64,000 bases of DNA from Candidatus Magasanikiibacteriota bacterium (GTDB lineage Bacteria; Patescibacteriota; Patescibacteriia; Magasanikbacterales; UBA922). Below, one piece after another: positions 53,783 through 63,440 of this stretch. The position numbers were made by a program, and so were the translations under genes. Position 1 is the first letter of the stretch, and each line of letters opens with the position of its first letter. The notes beneath the pieces were generated by a model. That model saw only the letters and a list, made by a program, of their open reading frames with translations, had not been told where the DNA came from and ran no database searches. The stretch spans positions 1,671 through 65,670 of the forward strand of contig JBPOJQ010000018.1 in NCBI GenBank assembly GCA_052033375.1, in the 5' to 3' direction.

Positions 53783-53856
53783 TAGGCCTGGATGGACTCG
53801 AACCATCGACCCCAACGTTATAAGCGTTGTGCTCTAACCACCTGAGCTACAGGCCC
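53783..53856 (-). tRNA. tRNA-Ile(TAT)
   Basis: GGGCCTG TAGCTCAGGTGGTTAGAGC A CAACG-CT-TAT-AA-CGTTG...GTTCGAGTC...CAGGCCTA. Confidence 0.92.
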
Positions 53857-54025
53857 ATTTATGTAATTTCAATCCAATTTTCCAGCCCCCAGCCCATCCA
53901 CCGCACAGACCCAAAAAAGTGTGGAGGAGATAGAGACCTGTATGTAAATGAATCCATCCTAACAAAAAAAGGACGTAAAATCAAGCGCTTGAGAAAAACA
54001 AATTATTGGTATATACTATTTTCAT

Positions 54026-54751
54026 ATGACTGATTCAAAATATAATTTTATCGTAAACAAGGCTCGAGAACTCATGAAATTGTCAAAAGACCCAATTCAT
54101 GACCTCTCTCACGTAGAGCGCGTGGTAGAAAATGTAAAAAAAATTGCACCTTCACTCAATCTTACCAAAGAAGAAACAGATGCAATCGAGCTGGCTGCGT
54201 GGTGGCACGATGTGGCACGCGTACTCACCAAACAACCATCATTCGTCTGGATGGCATGTATTGATGATGCACTCTCAGCACTTATGCTCTGTTTGCATAG
54301 TATACGATACAGATTCTGGAGACAAAGCGGCGGAATAGCTACAAAATTGATACTATCAAAAACATTTGCGACTGGCGCGGTATTCACCAAAATATTACTC
54401 TCAAAAAAAGAACGAATAATGATGCATGTGCTACGGGACGCAGATCAACTCGATGTTATGAATGTAGAACGTCTAGCACGTGTATGCGAGCTTTCAAAAA
54501 CTTCAAAGAAATATTTCTGGGGACTACAATGCCTGATATTCTACAACACACGCGAATCCGCATTACAAATGAAAACAAGTATTGCAAATGCATATTTGGC
54601 GGAATCAGTAGAAAGAATTTATGAGTGGATATGCGAACACCGAAATGAACCATCATATGTAAACTTCTTCGGACATGAGTGGATCGATAATGCAATTCAA
54701 AAATTTGCAAAATTGCGTCAGAAACTTTCTCCTGTAAAAGAAATTTTATAA
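54026..54751 (+). CDS. HD-domain protein
   Basis: HDLSHVERV, AAWWHDV, DADQLD. Confidence 0.8.
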   Translation: MTDSKYNFIVNKARELMKLSKDPIHDLSHVERVVENVKKIAPSLNLTKEETDAIELAAWWHDVARVLTKQPSFVWMACIDDALSALMLCLHSIRYRFWRQSGGIATKLILSKTFATGAVFTKILLSKKERIMMHVLRDADQLDVMNVERLARVCELSKTSKKYFWGLQCLIFYNTRESALQMKTSIANAYLAESVERIYEWICEHRNEPSYVNFFGHEWIDNAIQKFAKLRQKLSPVKEIL

Positions 54752-55085
54752 CAATAACAAAAGAAGCGAATAGCTTCTTTTTTGTTTTATCGAAAAAAAA
54801 TAAATAAAAAAACATACACACTAAAAAAATAAATAAAAAAACTCAAAAAAGTTATTCACAGGTAAAAACAAAAAAAACTCATTTTCTATTCAACAAAACA
54901 TAAAAAAACAGTATACTTGTTTACAAAGGTCGTTTATATTTGCAAATAAGTTTTTTTACATCGATGCTTGTCATGTAAAAACATTTGCACTTTCGTATTC
55001 ACGTGACACTTTGGTGTGCACCATGGTCACATCATCATTAACAAATACGAAAATCCTAAATTTAGAGAGGAGGTGTACAATACGT

Positions 55086-55208
55086 ATGCCAGCAAAAAGA
55101 AAAAAGGCAGCAGCTAAGAGAAAACCAGCAGCTAAGAAACGCAAGGTAGCTCGAAAGCCAGCTAAGCGCAAAACTGCAAAACGCAAAACTGCAAAGAGAA
55201 AAAAGTAA
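55086..55208 (+). CDS. 40-aa Lys/Arg/Ala-rich histone-H1-like peptide
   Basis: MPAKRKKAAAKRKPAAKKRKVARKPAKRKTAKRKTAKRKK; AGGAGGT Shine-Dalgarno; terminator directly after. Confidence 0.8.
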   Translation: MPAKRKKAAAKRKPAAKKRKVARKPAKRKTAKRKTAKRKK

Positions 55209-55220
55209 ATTCTCTTACAT

Positions 55221-55247
55221 AAAAAATCCCCTACACGGGGATTTTTT
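55221..55247. terminator. bidirectional terminator
   Basis: aaaaaatcccc-tacac-ggggatttttt. Confidence 0.85.
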
Positions 55248-55261
55248 ATGTATACACTATA

Positions 55262-56548
55262 TTATTCCAGATGAAGACTAGATTGAATTGAAAATCCTTT
55301 TGATTCCCCCTCGGTAAAAACACTAACTCTACCAAATTCTCCATCATACCCAGGACGAATAAAAATAGTTCCAGCACGAACACGACCAATCGCCTCAGCA
55401 AGAACAGTATTGGATGCATGTGCAATCTCATCAAGTGTTGCTGTAATCAAAATATGAAACTCGGTCCCTACTCGCTGTATGAGAGACGCATACTCGCCTT
55501 GCACTTTTTTTGAATTAACTCCGACCTCATACACATCCGCAATAATCTCTGGAAGTGGAACCAGTGATTTGAAAGGAATACGTTTTGCTTGTAACGCAAT
55601 CTTTTTTGCTTCATCGATACTACGATCAGCCAATTCATGCACGCGATGTTCGACCCCAATGGTCATCTGCTTGCCACACACAGGGCACACGCCCTTTCGC
55701 CTCTGAGTCTCCTCGGGTGCACAATAAAATACACAATCCTTATGCCCATCATAATGGTATTTACCTTCTTCAGGATAAAATTCAATTGTATAAGAAAATC
55801 TTTTATCATCTCGGTCTTCGATAATACGAAATAATTCATCATAGGTAATAGCATCAACAGAATCAAAAGAAAGCGCATTTGCCTCACGCCCCAGTTTCTG
55901 CAGACTATGTGCATCCGAGCTCGATATCAACGAAATATTGTCTAAATGTGACCAGCGCCAATTCATAAGCGGATTACTCGAAAGCCCTGTCTCAATGGCC
56001 CGAATGTGTGGCGTCAAATCTTCAAATGCCTCATCGAGTGAGTCATACCCGCCTTTTGAACCAAAAATCCCAAACCAGGGCGTCCATGCGTGTGCTGGTA
56101 TCATCTTCATACGTGGATCAATCTCAAGCATCAACTCAAGAATCTGCTTTGAGGTAAGTCCAATAATCGGTCGCCCATCAGAACGTATGTTGAACCCACG
56201 ATCTTCAAGAGTTTTATTAAACTTCTCAGTAACTTCTAAATTTGGAGAGAAAACGAGCAGATGCACCCGGCGTGTCTGGTCTCCATGCTTTTTGATTGAG
56301 GCAATCTCTGTCCCAATAATAAACCGAGTATTACTTTCATGATTTTTAAGCTTGTATACCCCTTCCACATCTTCTACAAGCTCGGTTTTCATATGTTCAA
56401 ACCATTTGGGATGGGTAAAATCGCTCGTAACCATGATATCGATCCCGCGAACCTCACAGGCTTGTGCAATTTTTGGCAACTCCAAATCCTTCGAACACGC
56501 TCGAGAATATTTTGAATGTGAATGAAGATCGACAATCTGCTCAATCAT
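55262..56548 (-). CDS. endonuclease Q family (PHP domain plus zinc finger)
   Basis: DLHSHSKYSRACS, PAHAWTPWFG, ETGLSS, SDAHS, GKYHYDGH, CPVCG, PGYDGEFG. Confidence 0.88.
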   Translation of the reverse strand: MIEQIVDLHSHSKYSRACSKDLELPKIAQACEVRGIDIMVTSDFTHPKWFEHMKTELVEDVEGVYKLKNHESNTRFIIGTEIASIKKHGDQTRRVHLLVFSPNLEVTEKFNKTLEDRGFNIRSDGRPIIGLTSKQILELMLEIDPRMKMIPAHAWTPWFGIFGSKGGYDSLDEAFEDLTPHIRAIETGLSSNPLMNWRWSHLDNISLISSSDAHSLQKLGREANALSFDSVDAITYDELFRIIEDRDDKRFSYTIEFYPEEGKYHYDGHKDCVFYCAPEETQRRKGVCPVCGKQMTIGVEHRVHELADRSIDEAKKIALQAKRIPFKSLVPLPEIIADVYEVGVNSKKVQGEYASLIQRVGTEFHILITATLDEIAHASNTVLAEAIGRVRAGTIFIRPGYDGEFGRVSVFTEGESKGFSIQSSLHLE

Positions 56549-56587
56549 AAAAAACCTAATTCTTCTTACAATCACTCCTACAACACA

Positions 56588-56869
56588 CTACGCACACGAT
56601 GACAAATGTAAACAGACATGAAAAATTTTATCAACTACCTGATTAATATCTGTTTCAATCTGGTATGGGGTAAACGTAAGTACGGTTACATCTTGACCTA
56701 ATAGCCAGGGATTTCGATTATCCGAATAGTCGCATGCAGAATCTTGCTCAAGAATGATGATCGCAAGACGAAGTTCATGACAATATAAATCAGCGACACA
56801 TGCACCTACAGTATATTGCGGTTTAAATATATATCTAAAATCTCTCCGTATAAGCTCCTCCAAAAGCAT
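56588..56869 (-). CDS. DUF559-like protein, short or degenerate
   Basis: FKPQYTVG...ADLYC.E.RLAI; lacks the usual ExDG..H. Confidence 0.55.
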   Translation of the reverse strand: MLLEELIRRDFRYIFKPQYTVGACVADLYCHELRLAIIILEQDSACDYSDNRNPWLLGQDVTVLTFTPYQIETDINQVVDKIFHVCLHLSSCA

Positions 56870-56905
56870 ATGATGATTTTATTACCTATACACACTATAT
56901 ACTTT

Positions 56906-57631
56906 TTACCCGATATATTCAATCTCATCATCGTCGAGTCTCCGTATACCCACGTCATGGGTGCGCTCTTCATAAATATGTGCGAGTAACCCAGGAATCC
57001 TGCCGATCAAAAAAATAGTGTTACCCAACTGAGCAGGAACACCCATGTCGAGAAGTATTGCAGCAACCGCACCATCAATATTAAGTGGAAGTGGTTTTGA
57101 AGAAACCGCATGTAATTCTTTTTGAACAATACCTGCAAATTTACAGTATGTACCAAGAATTTTTTGTTTCTTTGCAATATCAAAAAGTGTCACAGAACGT
57201 GGGTCAACTGTGGTAAAAACCTTATGCCCATATCCTGGTATTCTCACCTTCTGTGCTTTCAGCTCTCGTATCTTTGCGGTGATATCTTTGCTCGTAATAT
57301 TGTCAGAAAAAAACTTCATCGCACCATCGACTGCCATTCCATGGCGCTCACCAAATCCCAAAATTCCTGCAGCAAGAGAGGTGTGTACAGGATTCCCTGC
57401 CGAAGCTGACACACGTGCGTTCAGAGCAGATGAAGTGCCAGGACCATGATCAATTACACTGACTAATAGAGCATTACACATCGCCTCTTCATTCTTCCTC
57501 GGCAACCGTCCGCACAATAGAAAAAAAATAGTTGCAACAAATGATTGTTTTTTCATCAATGATTCAAGTGTTTTTCCTCGAATAACCTCTTTATCATCTC
57601 TAATCTGTGTAATCGACGTTTTAAATTTCAT
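56906..57631 (-). CDS. citryl-CoA lyase (citrate synthase fold)
   Basis: DHGP, GERHG, IPGYGH, DPR, LNIDGAVAA, GRIPGLLAH. Confidence 0.88.
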   Translation of the reverse strand: MKFKTSITQIRDDKEVIRGKTLESLMKKQSFVATIFFLLCGRLPRKNEEAMCNALLVSVIDHGPGTSSALNARVSASAGNPVHTSLAAGILGFGERHGMAVDGAMKFFSDNITSKDITAKIRELKAQKVRIPGYGHKVFTTVDPRSVTLFDIAKKQKILGTYCKFAGIVQKELHAVSSKPLPLNIDGAVAAILLDMGVPAQLGNTIFLIGRIPGLLAHIYEERTHDVGIRRLDDDEIEYIG

Positions 57632-57641
57632 ACAAACAAAT

Positions 57642-58538
57642 TTAAACAAATGGTTTTATTAACTCAACCAAATCTTCGTATCGCTCAGCAATATGTACTC
57701 CAACTCCCTTGAGAGCTGATTCCTTCTCTAGAACACCTTTTCCACGCTCGACAATAGCACCCGCATGTCCAACATTCATTCCTTCAGGAAAAATACTCGC
57801 AAACTTTCCTCCTATATATATAGCAAGCGGCTTAGTATATCCACCATTCCTAATCAAATCAACAATTTCAAACTCATATGACCCGCCATGTTCACCAAAA
57901 ATAATCACTGCTTTTGTCTGAACATCCTGTTCAAATAATGAAAGTAAATCAGCATACGTAGTGCCCATTAATAAATCTCCACCGACATGTACCGCGCTGC
58001 TTTGACCAAGCCCTGCTTTCCGTACCTGCCAAGAAAGTTCGTTGGTCATACCGCCCGAACGAGAAATAATTCCTACAGGGCCCGGTGTAAAAATCTGATC
58101 CGCCTGGATTTTAGGCCCCCCGACCACACCAATGCGCCCGACCCCCGGAGTAATATACCCAAGAGAACTTGGCCCAATAATGCTAATATTTTTTTCTTTT
58201 GCAGCAGCAATGCAATATGCAGTATCTTTGATCGGAATACGCTCCACAATTGCATTAATCTGAACAATTCCGGCATCAATTGCTTCAAGTATTGCCGACT
58301 TTGCTGCAAACGGAGGAACAAAAACTGTCGTCACTGAAATATCAGGATATACGGCAAGTGCTTCGGTAATATTATTAAATACAGGAACTCCATCTATCTG
58401 TTCTCCACCCTTACCCGGGCGAACTCCACCAACAACAGTAGTCCCATACTCTCTCATTGCAACTGATGCTTTTTGTCCTTCTTTTCCTGTAATGCCTTGA
58501 ATCAATACATTAGTTGTAGGCGAAAGTAAAATTCCCAT
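57642..58538 (-). CDS. SucD-like CoA-binding subunit (ATP-citrate lyase alpha N-terminal part / citryl-CoA synthetase small subunit)
   Basis: QGITGKEG, IIGP, SRSGGMTNE, phospho-His motif GHAGA. Confidence 0.85.
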   Translation of the reverse strand: MGILLSPTTNVLIQGITGKEGQKASVAMREYGTTVVGGVRPGKGGEQIDGVPVFNNITEALAVYPDISVTTVFVPPFAAKSAILEAIDAGIVQINAIVERIPIKDTAYCIAAAKEKNISIIGPSSLGYITPGVGRIGVVGGPKIQADQIFTPGPVGIISRSGGMTNELSWQVRKAGLGQSSAVHVGGDLLMGTTYADLLSLFEQDVQTKAVIIFGEHGGSYEFEIVDLIRNGGYTKPLAIYIGGKFASIFPEGMNVGHAGAIVERGKGVLEKESALKGVGVHIAERYEDLVELIKPFV

Positions 58539-58581
58539 ATATTTATTTTTGTGTCACATCCTCTATATACCACGATGCTTT

Positions 58582-59526
58582 TTACCATTTACCAGAGGCT
58601 CCGCCACCACCAGACGACCCGCCGCCAAATCCACCAAATCCCCCACCAGACGATGAGCTTCCTCCGCCGCCAAATCCACCAAATCCACCTCCCTTAGGTC
58701 GTTTGTTATTTTTTTCTTTTCGAATGATGTCCTCAACTTTATTTCTAAAACGAGAAAAAGAAGCCGCTCGTGAAATCACCCAGTCAATGACGCCGCCAAT
58801 AATTGCGCCAACAATACCGATCAGAATCCAAGAACTAGTAAGCGCCCCGACAAATGAACCAACCAAACCACCGATAATTGAACCACCTACCACAGATTTT
58901 GATCGGGACATCTCCATAAACAACCGAGAAAATATCGTCCACCCGACAAATCCAAAAATACCCACAATAATCACTGCCATGATGCCGCCGACAACTCCAC
59001 TGTCGCTTGCAGAGGTACTAAGGGATGCGCCATATTCACCCTCCACTGCCTGAACAATAGCAATAGTTGCCTCATCAATACCTTCACTATATCTATTCTC
59101 TTTAAACGCAGGAATCAATATATCATCAATAATCAACGAAGATTCGATATCGGTCAATGCACCCTCAAGTCCATACCCCACCTCAATACGCACCTCTCGT
59201 TCATTCGGGGCGACCAATAACAACACGCCATTGTCCTGTTTTGCTTTTCCAATCCCCCAATATTCAAACAATCCAATCGCATATTCTTCAATTGAAAGAC
59301 CTTCCAATGTCGATACAACCGCGACCGCAATTTCACTCGTAGAAGTTGCCTCCAGTGCACTCAAGCGTGTGGAGATACGCGCTTCAGTTGTATCATCAAT
59401 AACACCCGCATAGTCAGTGACAAATCCCGCAGGTTGCGGATACTCGACAGGAGCTGCATTAACGGGAAAAAACCATGCAAACGAAAAAATAATACTCAAT
59501 GCGCATGCATATAAAATTCGTCGCAT
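58582..59526 (-). CDS. TPM-domain protein
   Basis: WGIG...DNGVLLLVA, RIEVGYGLEG, Gly-rich tail GGGSSGGGGASGKW. Confidence 0.92.
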   Translation of the reverse strand: MRRILYACALSIIFSFAWFFPVNAAPVEYPQPAGFVTDYAGVIDDTTEARISTRLSALEATSTSEIAVAVVSTLEGLSIEEYAIGLFEYWGIGKAKQDNGVLLLVAPNEREVRIEVGYGLEGALTDIESSLIIDDILIPAFKENRYSEGIDEATIAIVQAVEGEYGASLSTSASDSGVVGGIMAVIIVGIFGFVGWTIFSRLFMEMSRSKSVVGGSIIGGLVGSFVGALTSSWILIGIVGAIIGGVIDWVISRAASFSRFRNKVEDIIRKEKNNKRPKGGGFGGFGGGGSSSSGGGFGGFGGGSSGGGGASGKW

Positions 59527-59535
59527 AGTGAAAAA

Positions 59536-60132
59536 TTATGATCCACTATTAAAGTCAACTTTGGGAGGAGTGTTCGCGCCCTCGGTAGCCGAGAATAATT
59601 GTCTTTCTCTATCAAATCCAAATAGTGAGACAAAGAACACGCCTGGAATACCTTTGGCTTTTATATTATAAGAACGTACCACTTCATTAAAGCGCATACG
59701 CTCAGTTGAAATGCGATTTTCGGTTCCTTCAAGTTCAGTCTGAAGAGCCAAGAAATTTTGATTTGCTTTGAGATCCGGATATGCTTCGAAAGATACAAGC
59801 AATCGTGAAAGCGCCCCACTCAGCTCTCCCTGACTTTGTTGAAATTGCTGAAATGCTTCAGGGTTACTCAATAATTCTGGTGAGAGAGTTACCTGCGTTG
59901 CCTTTGCACGTGCTTCAATCACATCACGCAAAGTCGACTTTTCATAATTTGCCGCCCCCTGAACAGTAGAAACGATATTAGGAATAAGATCCATTCTACG
60001 CTGATATTGATTCTCTACCTGACCCCATGCAGTCGAAACATTCTCGTCCAGACGAACAAATGAATTATATGTCCCCACGAGCCACATTACGATGACTACG
60101 AGGATTCCTCCACCAATGAGCCATGACTTCAT
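59536..60132 (-). CDS. lemA: LemA family protein
   Basis: YQRRMDLIPN, YPDLKANQNF, LEGTENRI. Confidence 0.93.
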   Translation of the reverse strand: MKSWLIGGGILVVIVMWLVGTYNSFVRLDENVSTAWGQVENQYQRRMDLIPNIVSTVQGAANYEKSTLRDVIEARAKATQVTLSPELLSNPEAFQQFQQSQGELSGALSRLLVSFEAYPDLKANQNFLALQTELEGTENRISTERMRFNEVVRSYNIKAKGIPGVFFVSLFGFDRERQLFSATEGANTPPKVDFNSGS

Positions 60133-60281
60133 ACGTATGAAGATAAGAATAAAAAGATAAATTACGTATCTATAATACTATACTATTTAGCAAAATTTGC
60201 ATAGTAGAACCTTGTAAAAAGGTCCAATACATGATATAACCTCTCTACTACTTAGAATCCATTAAATCAAATTGTAAAAAT

Positions 60282-60644
60282 ATGTTGACCAAACGTTACC
60301 ACTGGATTTTCGATGCAGAAAATGTACCAAATGATGTCGGTACTGATACAGTACTGGTCGAAAAAGCTCTAAGAGATATAGCTGAGTTATGTGGCATGAC
60401 AATCGTAGGTGGCCCCCTCGTGCTTCGAGGAGTGCCTGAAAATCCTGGTGTTACAGGAATTTGTGTAGTTGATTTCTCTCATATATCCATACACACGTTC
60501 TCAAATCCAGGCGAAGTGTGTATTGATGTGTTTTCATGCAAACCTTTTGATCCAGAATTGATTCACGATTATCTCAAAAAGACATTTCAAGTAGAAAATA
60601 CAGATGCAGTTTATTTTGAAGTAAAATACCCTGGAGAAAAGTAA
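60282..60644 (+). CDS. S-adenosylmethionine decarboxylase-family proenzyme
   Basis: GVTG....SHISIHTF, IDVFSC. Confidence 0.8.
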   Translation: MLTKRYHWIFDAENVPNDVGTDTVLVEKALRDIAELCGMTIVGGPLVLRGVPENPGVTGICVVDFSHISIHTFSNPGEVCIDVFSCKPFDPELIHDYLKKTFQVENTDAVYFEVKYPGEK

Positions 60645-60645
60645 T

Positions 60646-61809
60646 CTACACAACCATTCGTGCAAGAATACCAGCTGTTTCAGACATACTGGTTTCTTTT
60701 CCAAATAATTTCATATTAAGGTTATTTCGCAGGGCACACTCTCGCATCAATTCCATTCCTTCCACTTCATACGGACCTGCTCGGCGTACCACGATTGGAT
60801 ATGTCGGCTTGATTTCATCTAGTGCATCCACAATTCCATTAAACGTTTCCTTCACATTGGTAAAATTCGCAACCCCACCCGCGATCCAGAGTCCTCGAAG
60901 TCCTGGTTTTGATAATACAATTTTTGCTAGATCTCGTACTTTTTCCCGAGGCGGATTTCCTGAATATTCAGTATAATTTGCAGGTTTTAGTCCAGTTTTG
61001 ATAAGCGCATCCATATTTGCAATACTCGCTCCCCCGCCTGAGAATAAAATCGCAATGTCTCCATCCATTTCAATATATTTCCCCGCAGTACCACGATAAT
61101 AATCTTCGCCCGCATCAATTGCCGTCACTTCTTTCTCCCGATCAGTCGGCAATCTCCCCATCATAGTACGCGCTTCGAAATTTTTCCATGATTCATGACG
61201 GTAAAAAGCGTCATCATCAAGCGCCACTTTTGCATCAGCTGCAATCCACTTGTTCGCAGTAGTTTTAACCAATGGATTAATTTCAACCTGGCGTGCATCT
61301 TCCCCTAGAAAACAATTCCATAATTCCTGCGCAAACGGAATATCTGCAAAACCTAGCTTTTCTTGCCTGACATCAAGCAATTCTTTTCGAATATCTCTTT
61401 CAGGAACATCTTCAATATCTACTCCACCCTTTGCAGAATACACTAGTACAGGCTGTCGAGCCTGACTATCATAACTGATTGATATATAATGTTCTTCTGC
61501 GATTGCTAATTTTTCCTCAATTCGAATAGCCGCGACATATTGCCCTCGAACCTGCATCTGAAATATCTCTTCGCATGCTTTTTGTACGGACGCAAAATTT
61601 TGCGTACCTGCATCAATTGAACAAAATCGTATTGCATTATTTTTTCCTCGTTTTCCAGATAATACCTGAGCTTTTACGACAACTTCCCCCACCCCGAGTG
61701 TGGTATACGCATCGAGAACATTTTCTCCGCGTCGAACCACAACACCTTTTGGTACTGCAATTCCATGTGAGGCAAACAATTCTTTTCCTTCAAATTCGTA
61801 GAGGTTCAT
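60646..61809 (-). CDS. ATP-grasp subunit with citrate-binding domain (ATP-citrate lyase beta / citryl-CoA synthetase large subunit)
   Basis: LYEFEGKELF, KRGK, EINPL, DAK; ACL-type GGGAS, ANYTEYSGNP, GGVANFT. Confidence 0.85.
   Translation of the reverse strand: MNLYEFEGKELFASHGIAVPKGVVVRRGENVLDAYTTLGVGEVVVKAQVLSGKRGKNNAIRFCSIDAGTQNFASVQKACEEIFQMQVRGQYVAAIRIEEKLAIAEEHYISISYDSQARQPVLVYSAKGGVDIEDVPERDIRKELLDVRQEKLGFADIPFAQELWNCFLGEDARQVEINPLVKTTANKWIAADAKVALDDDAFYRHESWKNFEARTMMGRLPTDREKEVTAIDAGEDYYRGTAGKYIEMDGDIAILFSGGGASIANMDALIKTGLKPANYTEYSGNPPREKVRDLAKIVLSKPGLRGLWIAGGVANFTNVKETFNGIVDALDEIKPTYPIVVRRAGPYEVEGMELMRECALRNNLNMKLFGKETSMSETAGILARMVV
61584..61611. repeat. degenerate 28-bp REP-like palindrome inside the ACL beta gene
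   Basis: gtacggacgcaaaattttgcgtacctgc. Confidence 0.7.
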
Positions 61810-61816
61810 AGAGTGT

Positions 61817-62209
61817 TTAATTAGAGATGTAATAACACCTACTCAAAAAAGTTTCGCCCCCTTTATGTGCAGTATAAATTCCCACAGGTATATTAAAATA
61901 AGTATACGCTCTCACATAATCCGTATTTACTACGTCAACGCGCTGAATACCTAATTCAGTAAGAGGCCTGCCCATCATACGACCAAAATCCCCAAGAAAA
62001 GTGTCATCTAAAGTACCAATTACCTCACAATCAGTAAGTGAGCGATTACTTGTAGTAACTATGAAATCAAACCCCCACCTCACAATTCGTGCTCCACGAA
62101 AAGCAGAAATTGAAATAGATAAAAAGGTAAAAGAATATACAAGTGCAAAAATAACTAACGTCCATTTAATTATTTTTCTTCCGCTGTTATTACTTTTGAC
62201 TGAACTCAT
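61817..62209 (-). CDS. hypothetical membrane-anchored protein
   Basis: 130-aa ORF with N-terminal TM, overlapping the neighbouring stop codon. Confidence 0.6.
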   Translation of the reverse strand: MSSVKSNNSGRKIIKWTLVIFALVYSFTFLSISISAFRGARIVRWGFDFIVTTSNRSLTDCEVIGTLDDTFLGDFGRMMGRPLTELGIQRVDVVNTDYVRAYTYFNIPVGIYTAHKGGETFLSRCYYISN

Positions 62210-62853
62210 AAAGAAATATTAGATTCTAAAACGATACGTTCTCCACTCACTGGCTGATCAAATTCTAGTCTTACCGCAGCAAGAGCAAGAGCTCCTGCCT
62301 GATATGTAGCTTTCGATCCATACTTATGATCACCAACGAGAGGATGTCCGATATGCGCAAATTGCGCACGAATCTGATGAGAGCGTCCAGTCTTAAGCTC
62401 AATCTCGATTATCGTATTTTGTTCTTTCAATCCAATTACCTTATACGACAATTCAGCTTCTTTTGCGTCCCTATATGGCGCATCGTATACGGTTACAAAA
62501 TTTTTTTCAGTATCTTTCAAAAGATAGTTAATGAGAGTTCCTTTTTGTTTTTCAAGTTTCCCTTCAACCAGTGCATGGTAAATTTTTTTCACTGTATGCA
62601 TTCGAAATTGTTCGCTCAATCGAGAAGCACCTTTGCTCGTCTTACCAAAAATCACAATTCCAGCTACCGGACGATCAAGACGATGAATGAGACCAAGAAA
62701 AACTGCGCCAGGTTTCTGGTATTTTTCTTTCAGATACTCTTTGACCATGTCCATAAGACTTACGTCACCTGATTCATCTCCCTGCACTGGAATACGTGCT
62801 TCCTTCCATACAGCGATCACATGATTGTCTTCGTAGAGAATACGTAAATTCAT
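62206..62853 (-). CDS. RluA-family pseudouridine synthase (no S4 domain)
   Basis: IHRLDRPVAG, TGRSHQIR, GDHKYG. Confidence 0.93.
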   Translation of the reverse strand: MNLRILYEDNHVIAVWKEARIPVQGDESGDVSLMDMVKEYLKEKYQKPGAVFLGLIHRLDRPVAGIVIFGKTSKGASRLSEQFRMHTVKKIYHALVEGKLEKQKGTLINYLLKDTEKNFVTVYDAPYRDAKEAELSYKVIGLKEQNTIIEIELKTGRSHQIRAQFAHIGHPLVGDHKYGSKATYQAGALALAAVRLEFDQPVSGERIVLESNISL

Positions 62854-63434
62854 ACCTGTTCAGTAAATAAACGATCATCCAACCATTTTTTAGGATTATT
62901 CCTAATATACAGTCGAATTCGATGTAATTCAAATTCATTACGAATGACATGATCATAATATCGGGATTGCCATTCAAATTCAATACCCGCATTACGGGCA
63001 TATTTCGTAACCCCGATTTTATATCCACGAATGATTGATGGAATATTTTTTGATTGCATACCAAATTTATTTGGTTGCCAATCATTTTTTTGGGATTCCA
63101 TAATCCACACAATACCATGAACATGGTTGGGCATTACCACGAATTCGTCCAATTCCACAAATGGGAAATGCACGGGTATTTCCTGCCAACAACCCAATGC
63201 CTGTTTACCGATTTCCGTCATCCGTAGGGACGCAAAATATTGCGTCCCTACTACCCCACACGTTTCTGCGTCATTTACAATATTTTGCGCCCCAACGGAT
63301 ATTGACCCAAAATAATTCACCCGATTTTTCGTACAAATGGTAATAAAATACGCCCACGACGCACCATAATCCCATTTTTGCCACCGCGTCGTATCATTTC
63401 GATATCGATTCCGAAATAAACCCCCCTTCGACAT
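62850..63434 (-). mobile_element. Y1 HUH transposase, REP-associated (RAYT / IS200-like)
   Basis: YFITICT, FVVMPNHVHGI (HUH), WQSRYYDHVIRN, YIRNNP. Confidence 0.88.
63224..63251. repeat. 28-bp GTAG-type REP palindrome inside the transposase gene
   Basis: gtagggacgcaa-aata-ttgcgtccctac; half copy at 63279-63296. Confidence 0.85.
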
Positions 63435-63440
63435 ATTGAT

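Noticed and set aside
54752-54960. Possible oriC (AT-rich tract with a TTATTCACA DnaA-like box at 54852)
   Set aside because: Single box, no dnaA/dnaN nearby, and no switch in gene-strand bias.
58582-58700. Gly-codon repeats at the TPM gene 3' end
   Set aside because: Ordinary Gly-rich tail of TPM-domain proteins.
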